Notes: generated by a model from the letters alone, not told the origin. A stretch of 64,000 nt of DNA from the human T2T-CHM13v2.0 reference genome, Homo sapiens (GCF_009914755.1 NC_060946.1), one strand, 5' to 3'; numbered from the stretch's first letter, positions 1-17,195 are shown. Translations and numbers: made by a program.

Positions 1-1
1 A

Positions 2-331
<330 letters not shown>

Positions 332-1595
332 TGAGCCCTTCTCTAAGCCCAGTCCCATACTAACTTGTTCCCACACATTTTCTTATTTCATCCTCACAAC
401 TCTGCATTTCCCTCCATTTCGCAGTGAGCAAATGGAGGCTGTGAGAGGCTCAGTAACGTAAACCCAATGCCAGCAGGTGGTAGGACTGAAACTCAAAACC
501 AGGTCTGCTAGCTCCAAAGCCCATGCTCTCAATCCCTATGCTTGGGCCTACCCAAGATACTCACTTTGCTTTCCTAAACCTGTTTCCTTGTCTCTTTGGC
601 TGGAGCATTGAACCCAGGCATGTCTGTCCACACATCTCTCTTCCCAAAAGAAATCCACTAAAAAACCCCAACCCCAAAATAAAAAAATTAGCTCGGCATA
701 GTGGCACGTGCCTGTAGTCCCAGCTACTTGGGAGAATTGCTTGAACCCAGGAGGCTGCAGTGAGCAGAGATCTTCCCATTGCACTCCAGCCTGGGTGACA
801 GAGACTCTGTCTCAAAAAAAACAAACAAACAACAAAACCCACCCCTGGGACTCCAATACACTCAGCACTACGTTCACCCTGTGGCTCACCAGGCTCCACA
901 AGACTGATCCCTGCGTACCTCTCCAATTGCTTTCTCTCTTTTTTCAGTTAGTTGCCCAGGCTAGACTCGAACTCCTGGGCTCAAGCAAGTAATCCTCCCA
1001 CCCAAGCCACCACCTGGGGCGCCACTGTGCCTGGCTCTAACCTCTTCTTGTATCACCCTCCTCGGTAGCTCATGCCCACTACCTTCCTTTCCCCAAATGT
1101 GTCACAGGCACAGCACTCACTCCTTCCCCTTCCTATCCCCCATCGATCTGGCCAGCTCCACCCAGAGCTCTCCCACAGTCCCCCCTGGACCCAGTACACT
1201 TCAGTGTGGTTACTACTCTACAGACTGTCTTCCCTGCTCAACCTTGAGCAACACCAGGTCAGAGGCTCTGTTTCTCTTCCACTGCACATGGTAGGTTCTC
1301 AGTAAAAACCAGCTAGACCAATACATGAAATGCCTGATAAGGGGCAGACTTCGGGTCCTGGATCAGCTGATCCAACAACAGACTCTTTTCATCTGGTCGG
1401 CAGGCATGTGTCAGTATCACTTGGAAGGAAGGAGGGAGGAAGGAAGGGCTGGCCAGAAAGATGCTTACAGGGTCAAAGCACATTTGTCAGCTACGACAAC
1501 ATCCTCCATTTCCTTAAAAGCAGAAACAACCAAAATATCCAACGATATAAGCCTAGCTTAGCAAATTTCAGTGTAGCTACTCAATAGACTCAATC

Positions 1596-2143
<548 letters not shown>

Positions 2144-2185
2144 ACATGTGCCGTTGGATAAGGACACACAGGTACATGGACGGAA

Positions 2186-2188
2186 ACA

Positions 2189-2219
<31 letters not shown>
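2186..2219. repeat. (CA)n microsatellite
   Basis: CA run with one TA interruption. Confidence 0.9.
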
Positions 2220-2756
2220 TCTCTGCTGTGGGGATGCTGATAGGATTGTGTGTTTTCTTTCCCCTGGAAACAAAAACATAATTATTTTAGCACTTGGAGC
2301 TAATGTTCTTCCCTTTCTGAGCTCTAAAAGGAGTGGTCAATTTCTTATATCATCAACAGTTCAATTTTCTAGATCTACCACAAGCTCTAGGTCATTCCTG
2401 CCACGTTTCCAGGCCTTCATTCCCACCCCTACTCCCTACCGCCATAGGAGGAAAACAGAAGGGACAGGAAGAGAAAGCATAGGACAAGGCCCATTATTAA
2501 ACAAGTAATACCTTTCTTGGTCGTGGTGAAATATTTTGAGTCAGTCATTTTGGTCCCTTATCTGTAGCCAGGCTTCTGCAAGAGAGAGAAGAGAGGGGTG
2601 ACTTTCAGTTATGCTCCATCCCATCTTCAGTTATGGTGCAGAGGGAGGAGGAGAAGGATCCAGAACACATGTGGTACAGGAAAACAGCTGCTTATCTATT
2701 TCCTGGAGAAACAAACTTTAGATCATGGCAGATTAGATTTTGAAAAGTAATTCTGA

Positions 2757-2897
<141 letters not shown>

Positions 2898-3964
2898 TGA
2901 TCCCATCAAATTTTTGAATGTGCCTCTTCTAGAAATCTTTCCCACAAAAATATCTGCACAAGGATGGACGGGCTTACAGCAGCCCCTTTGTGGGACCCAC
3001 TTTGCTCAGCACTGTCCTAAATGCTTGGCACACATTAACTCATTAGAAGCCTCATCACAGCATCATCAAGGCACGATGTTACCCTATACAGTCAAATGAG
3101 ATTAGAAAATACCAAGCTTAAAAGGCTAGGGAGACTACTCCCCATGACTTCTCTAAGCTGCTAAAACAGTAACATGTATGATTCATCTGTGGAAAGGGCT
3201 AGAATCTATAGCAGTTCCCAAATCTACCTGGCCAAATTTCTTACAGGCTCTCTCAGGACATCTCCTAGAGCAAAGCTCACGGTGTAAAGTACTATTGTAA
3301 GACAATAAGGGCCAGGTGCTATAGCTCATGCCTGTAATCCCAGCCAAGGCACGTGGATCACCTGAGGTCAGGAGATCGAGACCAGATGAAACCCATCTCT
3401 ACTAAAAATACAAAAAATTAGCTGGGTGTGGTGGTGCGTGCCTGTAATCCCAGTTACTCAGGAGGCTGAGGCGGAAAAATCACTGGAACCCGGGAGACGG
3501 AGGCTGCAGTGAGCCAAGATAGCACCACTGCACTTCAGCCTGGGAGACAGAATCCTGCTTTGTCTCAGAAAAAAAAAAGACCATAGGACAAAGAAAGTAG
3601 TGAAGCTCCGCCATTCATTCAACAAAAGTTTACTGAGCATCTACTGTGTACCTCAATAGTTCTTCTGGGCAACAGATGAAAGAAAAGAAGTTACACAGGA
3701 ACAAAGATACCCTGGATACATGGCCAAGGCTTCTAGGATGGTTCTAAGATTTATTAAGAATCTATCATTTACCGAGCCCCTATTAAAGGCAGGAGCTTCA
3801 CCCACATTACCTCATTTAATCTTGTCAATAATATAACTGCTTTGAATCCCATTTTACAGAAAATGAAAAGGACTCAGGGATGTTGCATAATTTGCCCAAG
3901 GTCAAATGGCTTGTAAGTGGCTGGGCTGGGAGACCATCTCAGGTCTACCTGAGCTTAGTTCCTA

Positions 3965-4258
<294 letters not shown>

Positions 4259-4301
4259 CTATCTGTAGTTTTTATATGTTATAGAAAACCACACAACTCC
4301 A

Positions 4302-4716
<415 letters not shown>

Positions 4717-5062
4717 TTAAGAAACGCCTTTGCAGGGAACACAGAAGCAGAGAGAAGCACTCAGTTCCAGCTTGGGGAGGCCGTGGGCTGCATCTTGACC
4801 ATGGAAAGGTCCTGGGACCAACCCTTAGCTCCTCAGTTTCTGCCTTGCAAGGAAATTAAAAACCTATTAGGAAGATACCTGCAGATGGAGCAGGCCTAAA
4901 AACACAGCCACCGGTCAGAATTTCAAACCATATTGAATTCTCATAGAAATGAAATGCAAAAGCACAAAATGACAACAGCTCAAACTAGTGAAAAAAAATG
5001 CAGGACATTTGTGAAGCATTTGATGGGAAACATTCTTTTTTAATAGGAAATAATTATTGATA

Positions 5063-6137
<1,075 letters not shown>

Positions 6138-6709
6138 GTTATTTGATTGTGGGTGGGTCAACATTAGCTGTATTATCCTCCTGTTTCCTTATTTTTGTCC
6201 TGTCAGTTTTCTGTAATATCTTACAAGGCAGTAAAGAGAGGGCTTAGTCTTGGGACAGCACCCAGGGGGACATCGAGAGAGGAGTCTGGCGTTCTACCCA
6301 GCAGGGCCATTGAGAAGGTGGAGACGAACGTGGTTCTCTTTGCTGCAGAGGCTCAGCCTTTACATCCATGAAATGGGGCCAGAAAGAGTGGTGAGAATCA
6401 GGACCCTTAAGTTTCCTTCCAACTTGTAAGTTGTGATTTGGGGTTGGGGTGGCTGTGATTAAGTTCCAAAAGAACACATTTATCTGCCGCAAGGTGGCTC
6501 TGTCCAGGCCTGGCCTGGCCACCCAGCAGCTCTGGTGAAGGCACCTGTGCTGGAAACACTGAGGGGGGGCCTGACAGTGCCCAGGACTGATGAGGAGGGC
6601 TGGGAAGTGCATCTCCCAAAGCCACCTCACCTGCTGACAGGTACCCTGGGATGAATGTGTCTCTGACCTCAGGCTGTAGGGGCACAAGGTGGGGGCTGAG
6701 CCACATGAG

Positions 6710-7534
6710 TGAGGGAGAAAGTAGGGCCTGGTGAGATGGGGTCTAGGGTAGCTGAGTCCTGTGAAAGCCTGTTCCTGCCTGTAGCCCTCAAGTCACATTT
6801 ACCCTGCCTTGACCTAGTGTCACCTGGCCCCGATTCCTAACTGAATAGGATTCTGACACAGCCTCCATCAGACAACCAATGGATGCCCATTCTGTGCTGG
6901 GGAAGATGCCTTTCTCATTCCAAGACTAGAGATGATTCAACAGCTTGTGATTCTCCCTTATTTGGAATCCCACTGGGCCCAATCTGTTTTCCATTGCCAA
7001 TGCCCTGCTGCTAAAAGTATACCATATCAAGCATCCTCCCTAAAGACTGAGGGCCCATCGTGGAAGAGGAGGGCACATGAGATTGTAAGAGCTGGACTGG
7101 GGGTGGGGGTGAAGGGTGGAGGCCAAAGCAACTCTATCTTGGGTGCTGATATTTGCCATGTTGGCCTCTGATGAACCCCTGTTCCAGGAGGCCTCTAAGA
7201 GTTCCAGTTTACCTGTTGTTCTGTGTAAGAGCAGGTACTTGCCATGAATCCTGCCCTTTGGTCAAACAACCTTGATGTTACTCTACTTCAATTATCCTAC
7301 ACATCCCTTGTAATTCACCCTTTCTATATGGTATATAAGCCCTAGAGGGTCTGGGGGATAATGGTGCAGGGATTCACTATCTTCTCTTACCACAACCGGA
7401 GACATAGACAGGGCTTCTGTTCATAAGTCCCTATTAAATGTTTCTAAGAAAGTGGATTTGTCAGCTTTCTTCAGCCTCTCAGCCTCCTGGGACTTTTAGG
7501 GATACGTTTTCACAGCCCTGTCCCCTAAGAAACA
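6710..7534 (+). mobile_element. Probable ERV LTR (family not determined)
   Basis: TATATAAG at ~7332, ATTAAA at ~7433, U5-like tail ending AACA at 7534; the 5' boundary is uncertain. Confidence 0.6.
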
Positions 7535-7539
7535 GGGAT

Positions 7540-9230
7540 TCATTGCTAATGTTGAAAAACGAAAGGTTCACCAAAAGCATGCAGGAGTAGCTACACTTGT
7601 GTCAGACAAAATAGACATTAAGTCAAAAAACATAAAAAGAGACATAGCAGGTCATTATATAATGATGAAGAGATCAAAGCAGCAAGAGGATATAACAATT
7701 ATAAATATATATGCACCTAACTCAGGAGCACCAGATATAGAAAGTAAATATTATTAGAGCTAATGAGACTCTAATACAATAATAATTAGGGAGTTCAACA
7801 CCCCAGTTTTAGAAATGCCTAGATCATCTAGGTAAAATAAAATAAAGTAATGTAAAATAAGTCAGATTGAAGCTGCATTATAGGCTAAGTAGAGCTAACA
7901 GATGAACAGTTGTAGAATCTACATTCTTCTCCTCAGCACATGGGATCCTCTCCAGGATGGACCACATGTTAGGTCACAAAGCAAGTCTCAAAAATATTTA
8001 AAAATTGAAATCATATTAAGTAATCTTCTCAGACCACAATGAAATATAACAAAAAATCAATAACAAACAGAGTTTTGGAGCCTACAAAAAGATATAAATT
8101 AAGTCACATGCTACTGAACCATTGGGTCAATGAAGAAATGAAGATGGAAATTGAAAAATGTCTTGAAACAGATGAAAATGAAAACATAATATACCAAAAT
8201 CTATGGTGTATAATAAAAGCAGTACTGACAGGGAAGTTAATAGCAATAAATGCTGACAGCAAAAAAGTAGAATGCTTTCAAATAAACAAGCTAACAATGT
8301 ACCTCATAGAACTTGAAAAGCAAGAACAAACCAAACCCAAAATGAGAAGAAAAGAGATAATAAAAGATCAGAGCAGAACTAAACAAAATAGAGACTTAAA
8401 AAACTCACAGTGAAAGGAAAAGTTGGGTTTTTTGTCTTTCATTTTTTTGTTTTAGATAGGGTCTCGCTCTGTCACCCAGTCTGGAGTGCAGTGGCATGAT
8501 CATGGCTCACTGCAGCCTTGGACTCCAGGCTCAAGCAATCCTCCCACCCCAGCCTCTAAAGTAGCTGAGACTATAGGTGCACACCATCATGCCCTGTGAA
8601 TTTTTCTATTTTTTGTAGAGACGAGGGTCTTACTATGTTGCCCGGGCTGGTCCTGTACTCCTGCTGCAAGCAATCCTCCTACCTCAGCCTCCCAAGTGCT
8701 GAGATTACAGGCATGAGCCACTGTTCTCAGCCAAGAAGTTGATTTTTTGAAAAGATTAACAAAATTGACAAACTGTGAGCTAGGCTAACTAAGAAAGAAG
8801 AAGAAGAAGAAGAAGACCCAAATAAATTAAGAAATCAGAAATGAAAAAGGAGACATTACAACTGGAAATCCAGAAATACAAAGGATCATTAGAAACTATT
8901 ATGAGTGACTATATTTTAATACTGACAAATTGGGAAGACTAGAGGAAATGCACAGATTCCTGGGCACATATAACCTACCAAGATTGAATCAGAAAGAAAC
9001 AAAAAACCTGAACAGACCAATCTCAAATAATAAGATTGAAGGCTCTCAAATTGGAAAAGAAGTCTTACTGGCCTTACTTGTAAATGATATGATCTTATAT
9101 TTAGAAAAACCTAAAGACCGCACCAAAAAACTGTTAGAAATGACAAACTTAGTAAAGTTTTAGGATATAAAATCAACACATAAAAATCAGTAGCAACTGT
9201 ATATGCCAACAGAGAACAACCTGAAAATGG
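7540..9230 (+). mobile_element. Old L1 ORF2 fragment (endonuclease region onward), interrupted by an Alu at ~8430-8733
   Basis: ORF-track peptides [42 protein letters not shown] and [11 protein letters not shown] are degraded L1 ORF2p; many stops. Confidence 0.9.
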
Positions 9231-10386
9231 TGAAATCCCACTCTTTGCCTGTTCCCACATTTATTCCCAGTATGGTAGCCAGAGGTCACCCAAGGAGAGC
9301 TCAGGGTGCAAATTGACTTGGTGAATCTCTCCGGTCTCTCTTTTATTTCTATTTTGAATGCCCACTTTGGACATTCCTGAGGTTATCAGAAACAATGTTT
9401 CCAGCACGTTGGATGTATCAGTATACTATAGAAATATGATGTGACTCGTCTATGTAATTACATGTTTTCTAGTAGCCACGTTGAAGAAAGTGAAAAAAAA
9501 TCAAGTCACAATTATTTTAATTGGCAAAATGTTTTGCCATTTAAACATGGGTTTACATGATGCAGTTTTCAAAGATGATTTTTGGGGGGCAGTGGGGTGG
9601 TCTCAGTATGATACCCAGGCTGGGCATGAACTCCACAGCTCAAGCAATCACCCCATCTCAGCCTCTCAAGTAGTTGGGACTGCAGGTGCCTGACACTCAA
9701 ATATCTTAATGAGATAATTTAATTCTTTTTCAGCCTTTCAAATCCAGTGTGCATTTAAACAAATGTATCCATACATTTGTTTATAAATGTATATATACGC
9801 ATTTAAATATGTATACTTTTATATTTATATATATTGTGATGTAATGGAAACAGTAAAATTATCAAAGTTTTTAAAAATCTTAGTATTAATACTGTAACTA
9901 ACAAAACAACAACAAAAACAGGATCTTGTAAGGCTCTGCTTGATTGTATGTGAACAGTTTTAGGGTTTCTTTTAAACCAAACTTCTAAATGTGCATTTTC
10001 ACGATCTTGGAGAAAAAGTCCCTTTAAATAAATGGTCACATGAGTGTGATTTTAGAAAAAACATCTTAGTAAGTTTGATAGATTTCTTTGATCAAAACAT
10101 GAGGAGATATTATTCTCATGAGAAAACTACTTGAAACTAGCCCTATTCATAGATTAATCTTAATGCCAGATATTTCATTGTAACAGTTTCAGCCCTAATC
10201 CTGAATCTTTTTATTTTTCCTAAGCAGATAGCTACAGAAATCCCAAATCTTATCAACACCCATAATATACATGGCCTAATTTAGAATGAGATGGCAATAT
10301 TAGTCTGTATCAATTTTAAAAACCCTTAAGTTAAAATAATCTTTACTTGGGGTAACCAGTTTACAACCTCAGTTAAAATTACGGCA

Positions 10387-10467
10387 TGATTAAATCAAAA
10401 TCTGATTGGGTTAAGGAAGATAAGCAGGATGTAAATGAGAGGGGAGGAGAGGCTCTTGTAATAAAAA
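10387..10467 (+). promoter_or_regulatory. Relic promoter of the RFPL4A-like pseudogene: paired DUX-type motifs plus TATA-like box
   Basis: TGATTAAATCA at 10387-10397; TGATTGGGTTA (rc TAACCCAATCA, full TAAYBBAATCA match) at 10403-10413; AATAAAA at 10460-10466. Same spacing as the RFPL1 promoter. Confidence 0.65.
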
Positions 10468-10484
10468 CCCCTTGTAAGTGGAGC

Positions 10485-10546
10485 TCACTCAAAACTGAGC
10501 TGTCGGTGGAAGCTACTGGAGGCCAGGGGAGAACCTAATGGAGGAG
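10485..10546 (+). pseudogene. Relic non-coding first exon of the RFPL4A-like pseudogene
   Basis: ctgagctgtcggtggaagctactggaggccag aligns with the RFPL1 upstream exon ctgagcgcccagtggaagcagctggaggacag; the GT donor at the homologous position reads AC. Confidence 0.6.
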
Positions 10547-10937
10547 ACACACATCCAGGCTTATGTAGTTTTTCTCGACTTACTAGATTCCTACCAAGGG
10601 CAGGTATTAGAGAGCAAGGGCTGCAGGATGGAGTCACTATGAATTCGGCAACATTGTTTGAGGGCAGCTCAATGCCAGGCACAGTGTGTGCACTTAGAGA
10701 GACCCTGGGTCCCCTTCTAAAAGCAGACAGCAGAACTTAAATTTTCAGTACCCAGTCTGGAGAAATGACAGTCTTCATTTTCCTTAATCATAGTGTGGCC
10801 AACTCGATGAGATGATGATGGAGTTTCTCTCTTTGACCTATTCAACCTTTCAGCTACTTAGGAGGGGCTTTTGCCACAGCCAGATTAGAACGATTTTGCA
10901 GGGGATAGGGGTGTTGGAGGGTCTCTGAGTCTAGTAC

Positions 10938-12060
10938 ATAGCTGTCCAGTAGAAATATAATGTAATCCACATATGCAATGATAAGTTTTCTAGTAGCCAC
11001 ATTAAATTACAAAATGTAAATTTTAATACAAAAAAGTTATTTCAGCGTGTAATCAATCTTTAAAAGTTCTTTTTTTTTTTTTGAGATAGAGTCTCACTGT
11101 GTTGCCCAGGCTGGAGTGCAGTGGTGCGATCTCAGCTCTCTGCAACCTCCATCTCCCGGAGACGATTCAAGTGATTCTCCTGCCTCAGCCTCCTGAGTAG
11201 CTGGGATTACAGATGTGCGCCACCAAGCCCAGCTAATTTTTTTTGTATTTTTAGTAGAGATGGGGTTTCACCATGTTGGTCAGGCTGGTCTTGAACTCCT
11301 GACCTCGTGATCTACCCACCTCGGCCTCCCAAAGTGCTGGGATTACAGGCATGAACCACCACACCTGGCCAAAGTTCTTAATAAGATAACTTACATTCTC
11401 TTTTTCTCATACCTCTTCAAAATCCAGTGCGCATTTTACACTGAAGGTGTGATACGCTAACTTACATTAACTTGATTGACTCTCTCTTAGCTAAGAAAGC
11501 TGGATGGATTCCATTCGGCTCCTTCATTTGCAAGACATTAAGGGCTCCTTACCCACTCCCTCCCTCAAGGACTTAACTTGTGCAAGCTGACTCTCAGCGC
11601 GTCAAAGAGTGCAATTAACTGATAAGATACTGTGGCAAACTATGTCCACAGTTCCCAGGAATTTGCTCAGGTGACAGTACTCTAAAGCCCCCTGCATTTG
11701 TGTCTGGAGCCCCCCTCCTATCACCCTGTGATGAATTTAAAGCCCCTGCACCTGGAACTGTTTGTTTTCCTGTAACCATTTGTCTTTTCAACTTTTTTGC
11801 CTGTTTTACTTCTGTAAGATTGCTTCAGCTCAATTCCCCCTCCCCTTTCTAAACCAAAGTATAAAAGAAAATCTAGCCCCTTCTTCAGGGCCGAGAGAAT
11901 TCCGAGCGTTAGCGTCTCTCGGTCGCCGGCTAATAAAGGACTCCTGAATTAGTCTCAAAGTGTGGCGTTTCTCTATAACTCGCTTGGTTACAACAAAGGC
12001 ACATCCCAATTCCAATAAGCCCCATTTGGGGTGCTCAAGAACCACATGTGGCTGGACCGC
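10938..12060. mobile_element. MER33/MER3-like hAT-Charlie DNA transposon split by an Alu and an LTR
   Basis: gctgtccagtagaaatataatg...ttttctagtagccacatt at the start, aaatccagtg..cattttaca in the middle and ccacatgtggct at the end. A second copy is at ~9420-9760. Confidence 0.65.
11448..11995 (+). mobile_element. Solo ERV1-class LTR (LTR10-like), nested in a MER33/MER3-type hAT element
   Basis: TG...CA ends; 4-bp TSD AAGG (11444-11447 and 11996-11999); TATAAAA at 11860; AATAAA at 11932. Subfamily assignment is tentative. Confidence 0.85.
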
Positions 12061-12321
12061 TGGGCCTAGACCCTTCACAACACCAGCTTCTCAACTGAAG
12101 AATCATGTCCTTCATTCCAACTAGCATTTCCGATATTAGAAGTTCAAGGCCATGACTCTTCTTATATGTATTTTATAGTGTTTTTATCACCTATCACTAG
12201 TGATTGTTTATAGCAGGCACTGATATGTCTCTATGCATGTAAAAGTGAAAGAGCCTAAAGGAGTATTGTCATTCAGTTAATTGAACTCCAATATCATGTA
12301 CCGTTTCTGCAGACATTGGCC

Positions 12322-12933
12322 ATGGCAGAACATTTTAAAGAAGCAAGTCGATGTGTCGGCTGCCTATCTTATCCTGAAAAACCCACTTACTAGCCAGGCA
12401 CATTGGCTCACGCCTGTAATCCCAGCACTTTGGGAGTCTGAGGTGGGTGGATCTCGAGGTCAGGAGTTAAAGACCAGCATGGCCAAGATGGTGAAACCCC
12501 GTCTCTTCTAAAAATACAAAAATTAGCCGGGTGCTGTGGCAGTGCCTGTAATCCCAGCTACTCATGAGGCTGAGGCAGGAGAATCACTTGAACCCAGGGG
12601 CAAAGGCTGCAGTGAGCCAAGATGGCACCACAGCACTCCAGCCTGGGCAGCAGAGCAAGACTCCGTCTCAAAAAAAAAAAAAAGGAAAAGAAAAAAGAAA
12701 ATAATAAAAACCCACATACCTAGAGTGTGGATATCTCTGCTGCTTCCGCTGTATCAGTTCATTTCCAAAGGAGCCCAATGGGGATGATGTATTGTGCGCC
12801 ATCTGCTCTGTGGTCACTATAAAAGACATCACGCCCCATCTCCTGCTGGGAAAACTGGTTTCCAAAATCAAGGAAGTGGAGCCCCAGCTGAGAAGAATTC
12901 TATATTAAAACCCAAGGATGCGGAAGTTTCAAG
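12322..12933 (+). pseudogene. RFPL4A-like pseudogene, RING exon interrupted by Alu (possibly RFPL4AP6)
   Basis: Acceptor at 12311-12312, ATG at 12322: MAEHFKEASRCVGCLSYPEKPTY [Alu] LECGYLCCFRCISSFPKEPNGDDVLCAIC...[13 protein letters not shown] at 12906-12908; donor CAAG|GTCAG at 12933/12934. The MAEHFK start is RFPL4A-type. Confidence 0.9.
12392..12705 (+). mobile_element. Alu inserted in the pseudogene RING exon
   Basis: TSD AAAAACCCAC(T/A)TAC at 12377-12390 and 12706-12719. Confidence 0.95.
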
Positions 12934-13794
12934 GTCAGAAATCTGTATAACCTGCGCTCGGCCCACCAACAGCCTTGGAAAAAGCAACTGTTCAAAAGGC
13001 TCTCCATTAAATAGGGGCATTAGCTGAATTCTGGCACCTAAAATGTGTATGCCCACCCAACAACAGTTCTCAGCTGTGAGTATAGATTAGAGACAACAGA
13101 AGATTTTGAAGAAAATATAACATTTAAGTCATACCCTAGACCTGTGCTGCCCAATATGGTAGCCACCAGTGGCTATGGGGCCCTCGAAACATGGGTGTAC
13201 CCCATGTGGAAGTGACAATAATTCTGGATATACAAGCTTATAATATGTTATTTAAAGTATTGTTGAATTTTTTTTAATGTCTACAGAAAAATTTAAAATT
13301 ACCTGGAGATCTTTTATAAAATGCAAATTCTCCTTCTATTGGACTAGGCTGGTTGAGAATCTGGATTTCTGACACACACTCACACACACACACACACACA
13401 TACACACAAATTTTTTTGAGATGTGGTTTCATGTTGCCCAGATTGGTCTCAAATTCCTCAGCTCAAGCGATCCTCCCACCTCAATCTCCCAAATTGCTGG
13501 TATTACTGACATAAGCCGCCGTACACAGCCTGATCTAATAGTATAATAAATAGTTTTTCCATCATCTAGATATTCATTAGATATCTATATTTGAACAGAG
13601 TCTGCTAAATTTTATGATTTTGAGAGTAAACAACAGACATGGTTTCTGCCTTCATGGATCTCAAGAAATCTTGAATAATCAAAATGTAAAAAGAATGCTT
13701 ACTATGAACAAGAGGGATTTGTTACAATTCTATTTCAATCTTCTCTAAGAAATTCTACGGAATCAGGGAATGCAGGGAAGTTTCTATTTGCTGA

Positions 13795-14385
<591 letters not shown>

Positions 14386-15279
14386 ACTTTTAGCCACAAA
14401 ACCATTTAGACAATCACTTTATGCTCAATGCAAGAAACTTTTCTGCTTGCCACAAGATAATGGAACAAAGTTACAGCAGAAAAATATGGAACATCTCAAA
14501 CCATGAATGTCAATTAAGTAGATTAATAAGAAATTGCCTTTTAAATACTAAAAAGTATTGTTACAGTTGTCCTTTGGGTTTTATGGGCCGTGGCTCCGTG
14601 TCCCTCCCACACCTGTCCGAGTGGCTTTTGCTGGCTCTCTGTGCCCTGGCTGCCTCACCCTGCACCGTGCTGCTGTCTCATTGACATCACATCTCTTCTG
14701 CAAATCTATCTTGTTGTCTGTTCCTTCTTCCCTGGAGCATCTGAAAGGATCATCTTGTGAATTTGACTCATTTCCTAAGTCATTCTCACACTCTTTACGT
14801 TGTATCCAGCCTGGTTTTGGCAGAAAGTTTTTCTCACATACAGGATACACCAGGGCTGGACTCTGTCTTTACATGTGGTTGTGGAGTGACCCAGAATCCA
14901 GCAGAGAGCAAACCCCAAATGATTGCTTTATGACCGGATCCAATTCATTCCAATCATGTAAAGTTAACTTGGCTCCCTACACACTGTCTCCCAAGCTTTG
15001 TTTTCTTGCTCAGACACTGAATCCCAAGGAGTGATCTCATCCCATTGTACATAATTTTTTAATAGAACTAAATGTAGGTCTTTCAAAAATATATATACAA
15101 AGAAAAAAATCTTTATTTAATATGTGATACATTTTAGGAGCGGGAAATAGATTATATTCAAGTTATTTGAAATTTGAAAACAAAGCTGTTATTTTATGAA
15201 TTAAGTACAAGTTAATCACTAACTTGTCCATTTCCATGATACATGCAGATTCATCAGTTTTCTGGTCAAGACCTGAGTC

Positions 15280-16139
<860 letters not shown>

Positions 16140-16949
16140 AAGACCTGAGTGTCTCAGAGTCCTCTAATCCCATGAGGAATCATATTTAAAGCCGACCAAA
16201 ATTAGGTCTTTATTTTTAATTATGCAAAAAGAGAAAATTCCTTTAATATGTGCCAAAGGGAATAGGGAAAATGATAAGATTATATTCAAATTATTTGAAA
16301 TTTGAAAACAAAGCAGTAAAGATCCCACTACACAGAAAGGCATGAAAATGAAAAGATTCGGGGTTGATTCAAATGGAAGAAAGCACAACTCACTTCACGG
16401 GTAACAATTTTTATTTGAGAACACAAGTTTCACAAGAAAATCATCTTTTTTTTTTAAATTGTGACTTTTATCTTAACACTGTGTGAAGTACTCAAGGTCC
16501 AAGAAGCTTAATGGTCATTTGTCAAAATAGTAATTATCCAATTTTTTCCTATGAATTATGAAATTTTTTCAAAACCAGAAATAAACCAATGAAAATAAAT
16601 AAAAATTCCCTAGAATTTCCTCAATGGAATGCATGCCCCTATTACCTTTGAGTCTGATGTATATGAATTTAAACCATTTTGTAAAATTGCAAATCCAATC
16701 ATACTTAATACTTCAGGTTTCCAAGCAAAGCTTGAAGCCTACAACATATTACAGGAATTATCTTTACTGACAACTGATGGAAACATCTCTAAAATAAGCT
16801 TTTGAAGTTAGTACATTAAGCCTAATTTAATATAAAGGCAATTTAATCTTATCTTCATATGAAAGAAAAATACACTGTCAGGATGAAGGATTTACTAAAG
16901 TTACAATTAACTGGAGATATATCACCAGTAAAAACCTAATTCCCTGTTA

Positions 16950-17195
<246 letters not shown>

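Noticed and set aside
8039-9163. L1 ORF2-like ORFs
   Set aside because: Fragmented, internally deleted and Alu-interrupted; inactive.
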